A stretch of 64,000 nt of DNA from Macrostomum lignano (taxonomy: Eukaryota). The stretch is taken from positions 125,403 to 189,402 of the forward strand of contig NIVC01001115.1 of NCBI GenBank assembly GCA_002269645.1, read 5' to 3'. The translations under genes were made by a program, and so were the position numbers. The notes beneath the pieces were generated by a model, which saw only the letters and a list, made by a program, of their open reading frames with translations, did not search any database and was not told where the DNA came from. Positions 26,893-49,897 of this stretch are shown in pieces (position 1 is the first letter of the stretch; every line of letters begins with the position of its first letter).

Positions 26893-26974
26893 TATAAAAG
26901 AATAAAAGTAGCATAAATTTTTTATTGAAAGCTTTTATTAAAAAACTAATTAAAAAGAACTGGATTATGGATTA

Positions 26975-28225
26975 GAAGCCAAGGATTATTGTACTTGATA
27001 AACCAAGGATTATTGCACTCGATAAGCCAAGGATTACTGCGCTTGATAAACCAAGGATTATTGCACTTGATAGGCCAAGGATTACTGCACTTGATAAACC
27101 AAGGATTATTGCACTTGCTAAGCCAAGGATTATTGCACTCGATAAGCCAAGGATTACTGCGCTTGATAAACCAAGGATTATTGCACTTGATAGGCCAAGG
27201 ATTATTGCACTTGATAAGCCAAGGATTATTGCACTCGATAAGCCAAAGATTACTGCGCTTGATAAACCAAGGATTATTGCACTTGATAAACCAAGGATTA
27301 TTGCACTTGATAAGCCAAGGATTATTGCACTCGATAAGCCAAGGATTACTGCACTTGATAAACCAAGGACTACTGCGCTTGATAAACAAAGGGTTACTGC
27401 ACTTGATAAACCAAGGATTACTGCACTAGATTAACCAAGACTTACTGCACTTGATAAACCAAGGATTACTGCACTTGATAAACCAAGGATTACTGCACTT
27501 GATAAGCCAAGGATTACTGCACTCGATAAACCAAGGATTATTGCACTTGATAGGCCAAGGATTACTGCACTTGATAAACCAAGGATTATTGCACTTGCTA
27601 AGCCAAGGATTATTGCACTCGATAAGCCAAGGATTACTGCGCTTGATCAACCAAGGATTATTGCACTTGATAGGCCAAGGATTACTGCGCTTGATAAACC
27701 AAGGATTATTGCACTTGATAAGCCAAAGATTACTGCGCTTGATAAACCAAGGATTATTGCACTTGATAAACCAAGGATTATTGCACTTGATAAGCCAAGG
27801 ATTATTGCACTCGATAAGCCAAGGATTACTGCACTTGATAAACCAAGGACTACTGCGCTTGATAAACAAAGGGTTACTGCACTTGATAAACCAAGGATTA
27901 CTGCACTTGATAAGCCAAGGATTTCTGCACTTGATAAACCAAGGATTACTGCACTTGATAAACCAAGGACTACTGCATTGGATAAACCAAGACTTACGGC
28001 ACTTTATAAACCAAGGATTTCTGCACTTGATAAACCAAGGATTTCTGCACTTGATAAACCAAGACTTACTGCACTTGATAAACCAAGACTTACTGCACTT
28101 GATAAACCAAGGATTACTGCACTTGATAGACCAGAACTTACTTCACTTGATAAGCCAAGGATTACTGCACTTGATAAACCAATGATTACTGCGCTTGGCA
28201 AACAAAGGATTACTGCGCTTGATAA
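26975..28225. repeat. 24-bp satellite TTGATAAACCAAGGATTACTGCAC (rc of the A1 satellite)
   Basis: Direct reading. 480-bp higher-order duplication (ORFs 26946/27426). Confidence 0.95.
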
Positions 28226-28259
28226 GCTTGGCTATATGTATGGGATTCTTTCTATCTAG

Positions 28260-29150
28260 GGATGTTTGCTTTTTATGGATTCTTACTAACTGGGTTGATG
28301 CTTCTGCAATATTTGGGTGGTGCTTGGTATCTGCAGGATGCTTGCTGTCTGGGTGGATGCTTCTACAATATCTGGGGGGTGCTTGGTATCTGCAGGATGC
28401 TTGCTGTCTGGGTGGATGCTTGCTATCTGGGGGATGCTTGCTGTCTGGGTGGATGCTTCTACAATATTTGGGGGATGCTTGCTATCTAGCTGGATGCTTC
28501 TACAATATTTGGGGGATGCTTGTTATCTGCAGATGCTTGCTATTTGGGTGGATGCTTCTACAATATTTGGGAAATGCTTGCTGTCTGGGTGGATGCTTGC
28601 TATCTGCAGATGCTTGCTATCTGGGTGGATGCTTCTACAATATTTGGGGGATGCTTGCTATCTGCAGATGCTTGCTATTTGGGTGGATGCTTCTACAATA
28701 TTTGGGAAATGCTTGCTGTCTGGGTGGATGCTTGCTATCTGCAGATGCTTGCTATTTGGGTGGATGCTTCTACAATATTTGGGAAATGCTTGCTGTCTGG
28801 GTGGATGCTTGCTATCTGCAGATGCTTGCTATCTGGGTGGATGCTTCTACAATATTTGGGGGATGCTTGTTATCTGCAGATGCTTGCTATCTGGGTGGAT
28901 GCTTCTACAATATTTGGGGGATGCTTGCTATCTGGGTGGATGCTTCTACAATATTTGGGGGATGCTTGTTATCTGCAGATGCTTGCTATCTGGGTGGATG
29001 ATTCTACAATATTTGGGAAATGCTTGCTGTCTGCAGGATGCTCGCTATCTGGGTGGATGCTTGCTACGAGTATTAGGGGATGCTTGCTATCTGCGGTTGC
29101 TTACTTTTGGAGGGGGTGCTTGCTATCTGGAGGGATGCTTGCTGTCTTGG
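28260..29150. repeat. 18-19 bp satellite GATGCTTGCTATCTGGGTG with ttctacaatatttggg variants
   Basis: Direct reading. Confidence 0.9.
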
Positions 29151-29404
29151 GAATATTTTCTATTTAGGGTTAATGTCTGTTATCTTTGTGAAAGTTATAT
29201 TTTGTTGTATATTTGTTAATTTTAGAAAAAAATAGATTCATAGCAAATATCATTGTCCGTGACAATTTTACATGAATAAGGTGATTTTTAAAAGTTAGGA
29301 AGGAATTGGTGTTAAGGAAATTTGCATTTTTAATTGTTTTCCATTAACTATTTTTGCTCCGTGCTTATTGGGCGCCCCGAAGGGGGGCCGCACTAGATTG
29401 CTAG

Positions 29405-30127
<723 letters not shown>

Positions 30128-30486
30128 ATCCATCTTGACCGCAGTGTACACCTCCATACGACACGTTATTCTCGACATTGTGCAGGTGGGTCTTTTACCA
30201 AGTTAGTTGCAGGGGGAGTTTTGAGCACGGCTGCAAACCAAGGCGACATCTGGGCCTGCAGCCATAACCATGTGGAATGCATGCAGACAAACAATTACAT
30301 GATTATGATTGTATGCTTACTTGAATGACCTTTAGTCATGCGATGCTCACGGATATACGCAATCGCATGAGCCGTGATAAATAAAAAGCCAAGAAAAAAT
30401 CTACAAACTTACGAGCTAACGCGATTCTATAGAATTAGCCCTTTTTCACATGACATGTGGAATTTAGCTTTGGCAGATCAATGTAC

Positions 30487-31140
30487 TGGAGAGGAGCTAG
30501 AGCAGAGGAGAGAGGAGGAGAGGAGAGGAGAGTAGAGGAGAGGAGATGAGAGGAGAGGAGAGGAGAGGAAGAGGGGGAGAGGAGAGGAGAGGAGGAGATG
30601 AAAGGAGAGGAGAAGAGAAGAGAGGAGAAGAGAGGCCAAGAGAAGAGAGGAGAGGAGAGGAGAGGAGAGGAGAGGCGAAGAGAAGAGAAGAGAGGAGAGG
30701 AGAGGAGAAGAGAAGAGAAGAGAAGAGAAGATAGGAGAGGAGAGGAGAGGAGAGGGGAAGAGAAGAGAAGAGAGGAGAGGAGAGGAGAGGCGAAGAGAAG
30801 AGAAGAGAAGAGAAGAGAAGAGAGGAGAGGAGAGGAGAGGAGAGGCGAAGAGAAGATAAGAGAGGAGAGAAGAGGCGAAGAGAAGAGAGGAGAGGAGAGG
30901 AGAGGAGAGGAGAGGAGAGGAGAGGAGAGGAGAGGAGAGGAGAGGAGAGGAGAGGAGAGGAGAGGAGAGGAGAGGAGAGGAGAGGAGAGGAGAGGAGAGG
31001 AGAGGAGAGGAGAAGAGAAGAGAAGAGAGAGAGAGAAGAGAGAGAGAGAGAGAAGACGAAGACAAGAGAGGAGAGAGAGAGAGAGAGGAGAGGAGAGGAG
31101 AGGAGAGGAGAGGAGAGGAGAGGAGAGGAGAGGAGAAGAA
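30487..31140. repeat. Polypurine (GAGAG/GAGAA)n repeat
   Basis: Direct reading; almost entirely purine on the plus strand. Confidence 0.95.
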
Positions 31141-31872
31141 CTGCCGGTAAAGCTTCAACTGAATTTATTTCTAGGGACAAAAATTAAAGTCAACATAAAA
31201 ATCTAGCACTTTAGGTGGGACATCCTTCCTGTACATCCAAAAGATGCTAAATTGAACAGGAAAAGCAGTCAGCAACGAAAATATTTTGCAGCTAGTAAAG
31301 TATAGCTAGTTCAATCTTCTTTACCCGATTAAACTGTTGTCCAATATAATCTTTGTAACAGGTGGACCCTCGACGAGTGCAAGCGCACCGGAACTGCACC
31401 CAGGGACTTGACAGACAAGGTGCATTGATGTTGCATCAGAGAGCGTCTAAATTGATATAATGGATTACTACAGCTGTCACACAAAACCGCATTTCCTTTC
31501 CACAGAAACTGGTCTGAAGATTAGTAAACATGAGTAAAGTCCAGACAAGAGCAGGCTACACTCGTACTATAGTGGTATGCACATGCACCGTTTAACTACA
31601 GTGTAAACAAGCTGACCAACCCGACCAAAAGTCACTACCGACCATCCTATTCTTATGTGCACTAATAACTGTCCTTATTAAGTGCTTTCCCGTTTTACCA
31701 TAGACTATTCACTCTTAAAGACGGATTCGTTTAATCGCTAGAATTTATATTGCACCCTGACTGCAGACTTTCGCTAATTACTAGCCAAGTAGAGGCAAGT
31801 GTATGCGTGCTTACGTACGCATTAAAAAGCAACTCAGCTATAAACTTGTCAGCATACATCTCGACAAGCGGC

Positions 31873-32349
31873 ATGGCTAAATTTCTAGTTTTTCTTCCAG
31901 TATTGGTTTGTGTACTTAGCTTTACTGCTGCCTGCCCGAATACTATCAGTAAGTTTGGCCTCTCCATGCTTCAATTCTGTTTTTTTCAAGACTGGCGGCG
32001 TTAAAGTGATGAATTAGTATGAACGAACCAAATTTTTTCAGAAAATGCATTTAATCCTGATGATACTATCAAAGAAACCGGATGCTACTACGCCGACGGG
32101 ATGTTCATCGATGCGGCCTCGGGCACCTCGGCTGATATTGAAAATGCCCAACCTCAAAAGTGTCAAAAGTTCTGCGCGGAAAAGGGTTATTCGAATCAAT
32201 TTGTGATACTGCAATACGAAACCTGCCATTGCAACAAGGCGTTTAGACGTCATGCCAAGCGCGACGCGTCCAAGTGCGATGTGGACTGTCGCGGCAGCCA
32301 TTTGTTCAAGTGCGGCGGAAAAGGCTTCGCCTCGGGGTACTATTTGTGA
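31873..32349 (+). CDS. Secreted single WSC-domain protein 1 (127 aa; exons 31873-31948, 32042-32349)
   Basis: Signal-peptide exon MAKFLVFLPVLVCVLSFTAACPNTI, phase-1 GTAAGT...TTCAG intron, and WSC-type Cys pattern GCY..CQKFC..G..CHC..C..C.G..CGG..S.Y. Confidence 0.75.
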
Positions 32350-33514
32350 CCTTGTGACCTTTTCTTTTGTCGTTATTTCACACGAGTAAGAACTGAGAGT
32401 TTGAATAAGAATTTAAAAAAGCTTTTGGGAGGAAGTAAGATACAAATGGAGACTTAAGTAGATAGTTAGGTGTTCTAAGTAAGACACTATTTTATGTTGC
32501 CAACTTTACTTGTAGTAGCTATTCAAGTGAATTGTGCACTCAGAAACGAATTTACTGCACCGCATTGTAAGTGAAAAAGCAGAATCTGTTTTTACGCTAA
32601 AAACAATAAGTGTTTTCTTTTATTTATTTTAATCTCGATTTCGGAAAATACGTTGTATTGAACCGCTTGAAGATCTGAAAAAACCTGAATAGTCGTGTCA
32701 TACTCAAGTATCTTCAACTTGTAAATTATTAACGTAACTGAATCTGCCTGACTTGATGGATATAGTATAGCTAACAATTAAAATTCTATTGTGTGGGAGT
32801 TTCAGCACACAGGGACCTACTGGCTCAAGCTGCAGAGTGCAACTGTGGCCTGAGCAGGGCAGCAAATCCAAGCGGCAGTTGAGTTGCTATGGCAGTCTTT
32901 AACTTGCAGCCATGCCATGCACAGTCGGTCTGCATTGAGCTACTGATTAGCAGTGACACCTCAGGTTAGTTGCGGCAAGCCATCCACTCAGATGAGTAGT
33001 GCTTGACTGCTTTCCAAGTCCACTCTGCTGTTCATCTGCCTTGCCGAAACACTCGGCTCCCCATTCTATTTTAGAAGTAAGCTAAAATACTCTAAAACTA
33101 TGTGAACTTTCAAATTGACAGCCTAAATTATATGGCGAATTATAATTTATAAATACTCCTTTTAGATTTGAACCCGACTCCGTAAGGCCACATTAATTCG
33201 TCCAGGGGTTTCGTGCTGCTTCATGGGCTCAGGCATCATCAACCCATTCTATCCTTCATGCTCTAGGCCTAAGAGCACTCGCTCGATTTTGAGCAATCGG
33301 TCCAGTGTTTGCACCACTTTTTGCTCGCTTGCTCCTGCGTCCAATCTGCTCTTTCGTGTAATTGATGAATGAGCGATAAGCGAGACCAGTCAAAGGCATG
33401 ATGAACCCACTCACCTGCGGTTTGTACGCATTAATCCATCCTTATGTAATATGAATGCAGACTGAGTATTGGAAGTTCAAATGCAAGGACTAAGCCTTGG
33501 ATTTTCTTAGTGTC

Positions 33515-34485
33515 TAACTCAGCCTCTTGGATTCCCTCAGTGCTTGACTCTCAGCCTCTTGGATTCCCTCAATGCTTGACTCAGCCTCTTGGATTCGGAC
33601 CGTGCTTGACTCAGCCTTTTGGATTCCCTCAATGCTTGACTCAGCCTTTTAGATTCCCACAATGCTTGACTCAGCCTCTTGGATTCCCACCGTGCTTGAC
33701 TATCAGCCTCTTGGAATCCCTCAGTGCTTGATTCAGCCTCTTGGAATCCCTCAGTGCTTGATTCAGCCTCTTGGATTCCCTCAGTGTCTGACTCAGCCTC
33801 TTGGATTCCCTAAGTGCTTGACTATCAACCTCTTGGATTCCCTCAATGCTTGACTCAGCCTCTTGGATTCCCTCAATGCTTGACTCAGCCTCTTGGATTC
33901 GGACCGTGCTTGACTCAGCCTTTTGGATTCCCTCAATGCTTGACTCAGCCTTTTAGATTCCCACAATGCTTGACTCAGCCTCTTGGATTCCCACCGTGCT
34001 TGACTATCAGCCTCTTGGAATCCCTCAGTGCTTGATTCAGCCTCTTGGAATCCCTCAGTGCTTGATTCAGCCTCTTGGATTCCCTCAGTGTCTGACTCAG
34101 CCTCTTGGATTCCCTAAGTGCTTGACTATCAACCTCTTGGATTCCCTCAATGCTTGACTCAGCCTCTTGGATTCCCACCGTGCTTGACTATCAGCCTCTT
34201 GGATTCCCACCGTGCTTGACTATCAACCTCTTGGATTCCCTCAATGCTTGACTCAGCCTCTTGGATTCCCTCAATGCTTGACTCAGCCTTTTATATTCCC
34301 ACAATGCTTGAATCAGCCTCTTGGATTCCCACCGTGCTTGACTATCAACCTCTTGGATTCCCTCAATGCTTGACTCAGCTTCTTGGATTCCCTCAGTGCT
34401 TGACTCAGCCTCTTAGAATCCCTCAGTGCTTGATTCAGCCTCTTGGATTCCCTCGGTACTTAACTCAGCCTCTTGGATTCCCTCA
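33515..34485. repeat. 30-32 bp satellite GCTTGACTCAGCCTCTTGGATTCCCTCAAT with a 304-bp block duplication
   Basis: Direct reading; ORF track offsets 33510/33814 and 33662/33966. Confidence 0.9.
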
Positions 34486-35103
34486 GCGCCACTACAAGAT
34501 CTTTACTTTGACTTGAAATGCCACCTTCCCCGCCCAACGCCCCACCTTTGAGTCAGTCAGTCAATACGGTCAATTGACTAGATCTGTCTGTCTGCACACC
34601 CGAACTTTGCTTCACCTTTCATGCAGTCAATTGGTAAACGCTTGCGTCTCTAAGAAACAGTTTGCTGTACAGTTTTGCTAGCCCCTGTAAGGGACCGGAA
34701 TACCGCTCAGGGGAACGGTACTGCATGAGGCGAGCCGTGCTATCTTATCGATGCTTGCCAGATCCCGTCCGTACAAGGGGAATTAGCCATACAGCTGCGC
34801 TATTAGGAGACGGCCTTTCCGAGTTCTCGGTATAGGACTAGGCTTGGTTTCTTCGACCACGCTTCCGGACTCAGAGGATTGGCCAGTAAGGGGGGGGGGG
34901 TGCAGCCTGCAGCCAACCACTGCGTACCATGCAGGCCAGAGCGGCAACTATAAGCCGCGGCGCAAAGTCCAGCATGCAGAAGTCATGCAAAAGAAGAAGG
35001 CAAAGGAGCAAATATAAAGGCACCCTTTGCAGAAGTGAGCTCAAGCAGCAAGTCACCAATAAGTCACACTCGATTTAAAAAAGGTATCGCAGCGATGCGA
35101 GCC

Positions 35104-45934
<10,831 letters not shown>

Positions 45935-46457
45935 TGCCGAATTAGCCGATTCACCTTTTCACCAAGTTTTCTCATCAGGCACCCTTTCCCGGTGCCGCTG
46001 CAACTTTCCTGAACCTGTCTCCTGCTGGACTCCAATATTCGCATTAAACAGACGCTTTCCTTCTCTCTGTCTCACTTTGTCACTTAAGAGATTATCTTAG
46101 AATGTTGTAAAATAATACCCTGATAAATGCTTTCTTCGGCAATAGCAGATCTTGAAGAGAAGTTTTGAGAAGCAATTGTTATTTAAAGTAAATCGTTACA
46201 TGTTGTCAAAGGTGTGCTGAACTTATTTGTAACCTTTTGTCCATCGAACTCAGCATTTTTTTATTTACCGCGCTAATTTTAGTGAGGAATTCGCTTGCCT
46301 ACAGCAAAACAAATCTGTAAACTGGTTGGTACCGCATGTACCACGCAAAGAAGGCGTCTCGTTCCTAAGTGCTTTAAATGAGAGAACAAAAAATCTAAAC
46401 CAGGACAATATAGCGATTTAGTTGATGCAGCTACTTAAAGTACTCAGTCCTGCCTGG

Positions 46458-46966
46458 TTAGTAGTCAATTTTCATGTCGTATGGATAAGCGGAGATGTGG
46501 CCGGGCCCTCCGCAGCGCTCCTCGATCCGGCCAGGGCAGCTGTGCAAGCACTTGTTGACGTCCGCCCGGCCGTTTTTGCGGAACTCCTTGCCGCAGTGGC
46601 ACAAGTCGACCTCAATCGCGATGATGTCAGTCTGTTCGTGGCCTTTCTTTTTGCACAGGTTGCGGCAGGACTTGAACGACTGCACCATGGAGTTATTGTA
46701 CGTGCCCTCGTTTGAGCCGACAGTTCTCAGGGATCTCAGTGTGAAGCAGGATGGACCGAGTACGGAGTGCGTCCGGGCTAGGAATTCAAACAGAGACGGA
46801 CTTGCATTTGCGTCATCAAGACAGAATCAGACAACAGCTGAACAAGCTTACATGAGACCATGTTTTTCAAGGCTACAAAAGCCCGGGTGAAGCCATGCAC
46901 TTCGGCAACGTTGCTAAGCAGAATGACTCCACAGGTGAATACTAAAAGGATTAAGCGATGCGCCAT
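46458..46966 (-). CDS. Secreted single WSC-domain protein 2 (144 aa; exons 46966-46852, 46777-46458)
   Basis: Signal peptide MAHRLILLVFTCGVILLSNVAEVHG, phase-1 intron, SCFT..CRNLC..G..CHC..C..SCPG..ERCGGPGHISAY. Confidence 0.78.
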
Positions 46967-47887
46967 GCCAATTTTTTATGATGGCTCTCTTTCTCTACTG
47001 TTATGAATTGTCCTTGACCCAATAATTTCTTCGTGTTTTAAGCCAAAGCCACGTGGCTAAAGCTCGGTCATAGACAACTCAAACCAGCTTAAAGTACATG
47101 CAGGATTAGCGATAGTTATACAAGCCGGATGCTTATTTACATCGTCGTCAAGTTTGGTCATAGGCTTGCGCAACCTCGTCAAAGTTAGCACTGCTTTCCG
47201 GACACGCCTCGTAAGTACCAATTGATTTTCACAGTGTCTCTGATCACTTTTGCTAGAATTTACATTGTGTCTCGATCGTTTAGAGTTACTAGGTAAATAT
47301 ACTTTTTCCTCTCTGCAGCAAGGTTTTTAAAATTCGAAATTTTATGATCCATGATTTCCTGTTCACATTTATTACGGAGAGCATCATAGAAGTTTGAACT
47401 ACACTTGAACAGGAAGTGAACTTCACTTTATACCCCACCCACATGGACAGTCCATGTTCTCGTATGGGATCCTTGGTCTTGCAGTCCTCATTGTTTCGCA
47501 GGCCAATGGTTGAATTCTGGATTGGAAATTTCTAGAACATACTTGTCAGTTGAGTAGTGCAATCTTAAGCTGCAGTAAAAGTGAACTCGCTTTGCAGAGC
47601 TCTCTATGCTATTTGTCTCCAGCGTCTTATACTTGAAGTATATTTCAGTATGTTTAGTAGTGCCTGTTGGAAATATAAAAAAATCTGGATGGCCGCCAAA
47701 TGTGCAGGTTTATTTCAAAAATGATATAGAATGGTGGTAATTTATTACCGGTAGTTAAAACAAAGAATTCACTCGGTAGTACGATAGCTAAAAAATTGTC
47801 TCTTAACTTGTATCGCAGACTATAGCTAGGTACGTGTCCATCCATGCTCTAAAACTTATATTTGAGCAAACTATCGAGGCGCGGCTC

Positions 47888-48377
47888 CTACACTGGATAG
47901 GCAGACAGATACTCCGGACCGCCGCAACGCTCATCTAGATTGCCCGGGCAACTGTTCGTGCACTTGGCAACGTCCGATAAGCCCTCCTTTTTGAAGTTCT
48001 TGTCGCAGTGGCACAGCGTCTGCGACACCGCAATGATTTTGCTAGCTGAATGGCCCTTGTCCTTGCACAGCTTGCGGCAGGCGTCAGGAGTCATCGTCTC
48101 CTTCAGTTCGTCGTAGGTGCCCTCCGTTTCGCCTGCGGTGCGCAAAGACCGCTCGGTGAAGCAGCTGGGTCCGTTAAGCGTCTTGATTCGAGCTGGAGCA
48201 GCGTGACAGTGGGAGTGTGGTCATGTTTAAACGGACTCTGGTTAAACGGACGGAGCCTATACAAAACTTACAGCTAAACGTATTTCTGATCGCCACAAAG
48301 CTCCTCGGGCAGGCTTGAACTGACGCTACGGTGGTCAGAAGAACCACGAGGCAAGCAATGAATTGGAAATTCAACAT
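47888..48377 (-). CDS. Secreted single WSC-domain protein 3 (136 aa; exons 48377-48272, 48192-47888)
   Basis: Signal peptide MLNFQFIACLVVLLTTVASVQA, phase-1 intron, MTPDACRKLC..G..CHC..CTNSCPGN..ERCGG..YLSAY. Clear paralog of WSC-2. Confidence 0.8.
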
Positions 48378-49314
48378 GGCGCCGCAGGTGAAGCCTCCTT
48401 GTACTACGAACTCGTTGATGCCTCAGCGGCTTGATAATTTACAACTTAATAATTTTTTATGCCCAAGCAAGCGTTGAAGGCAAATTAATATCGAAAAAGA
48501 TCTGTACAGACTGACCGACCGATTCAACCATAGACAAATTATTCGAATTCCTAAACAAAGTGGGACATCTTAAAAAAGTACACCCAGTGTCTGATTCGGG
48601 CCAGATTGATACGGTGATCTCATGCAGCATGCGCCTTAACTTTAACTTGTTAACGGTTTGCTTTTATACTACAGTAATATGTATCGGGGCATGCAGCATG
48701 GCTCGTGGTAGATAGCTGCAGTCTTCCTGAAATTGATGATCGTGATGATAATAGTAATAATAATAAGTGATAACACCTGCTCTAATGAGCAGATGTACAA
48801 CCGACAGCTCAGCCGCAGCTATTGCGCGGCGTATCTGAAGGCTGCGTACGGCTGTTCAGTCCAAGGACTGGGGGGGGGGGTCGCCACACACACCCTCAAT
48901 TACCCCAGCTAATGCTGGCACCCATTTTACGGCTGGGTGAACTGAAGCAAAGCACTCCCAATTCTCTACAAAATGCGTTATCTAGTGAGAAAAGTTGCTT
49001 ATTACACTGACTGATTTATTTTCACCTCATTAAACTTAAATACGAAGAACCGGCAACCTATAGTTTAAATTCTTAAAAGTTGAATTGAAGTCTTATAACT
49101 TCATTTTGAAATACATTTTATTTAGGAGTAGATCCTATATACTTCATCGCACACTGCAGTTTTACCTAATGAATAGTTAAGAAAACAGAAACCAGACTGC
49201 AAAAGAAATTCAGCTCAGATGGGTGCTGCAAGGTTCTAAAATAACTAAACAAAAATCCACCAATATTTAGTTTACAGTAGCTATAGTTCATCTTTCACAG
49301 AAGCATCGCCCCCT

Positions 49315-49897
49315 CTAGCTGGGGTAAACCGAGATGTAGCCAATGCCGCCGCAATAGTCCTGGTCGTTGCCTTTGCACCTAATTGGGCATTTTTCCTTGT
49401 CGCGCTTGCCGTCGTATTTCATGTACTTGTTGCAGTGGCACTCGGTCGGAGTCAGTCCGACAATTTTGCCTTCAAAGCCGGACTCCTTGCAGAACTTCTT
49501 GCACTCAGCCAAGGACAGGTCTTTGTCCATGTTGTCGTTAGTGAAGGCTGCGACGCCTTCGTCAATCCTGATGGACTCCTGAGTGTAGCAGGTGTGCCCG
49601 TCGACCTCCGTGACTTTCGGATCTGTGAATTTGAAATGGTTAGACACAATTAGTCAGCCTTGCCAGTCCATATACATTGAAAAGCGACTTAGGTTTCTGC
49701 TGGGAGGCACAGAGATATTTCTGCATATTCATAGCTTTAGCCAGTTTTCTTTAATAAAATCAGCCAAATCACTTACTGGCAAATAATTTCTTGATTGGTC
49801 TAGTGACTTTCTTGCAGGCGCTGGCGTTCCCAACGAATATGGCAGCCAAAATCAGCAGCACTTGAGACGACAGCAAAAAACGTGACGTATTCCACAT
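49315..49897 (-). CDS. Secreted single WSC-domain protein 4 (142 aa; exons 49897-49777, 49622-49315)
   Basis: Signal peptide ...QVLLILAAIFVGNASA, phase-1 GTAAGT intron, TCYT..ECKKFC..G..ECHC..CPIRCKGN..YCGG..ISVY. Confidence 0.8.

Larger units (their letters stand above)
26277..29404 (+). mobile_element. Helitron-like non-autonomous element D carrying 24-bp and 18-19 bp satellites
   Basis: CTAG|TC junction at 26276/26277, (CTTG)n microsatellite, conserved core. Ends cccc-gaa-gggg hairpin, then ccgcactagattgCTAG|T followed by (ATCT)n. Confidence 0.8.

Noticed and set aside
32790-33060. GC-richer island resembling a SINE/LINE 3' fragment
   Set aside because: No tail, TSD or recognisable motif could be established by eye; needs a repeat-library search.
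35035-35103. Upstream start codons for G-alpha (35035 GTG, 35095 ATG)
   Set aside because: GCCATG at 35104 gives MSLCF with a near-terminal Cys typical of G-alpha subunits. The 35095 ATG cannot be excluded.
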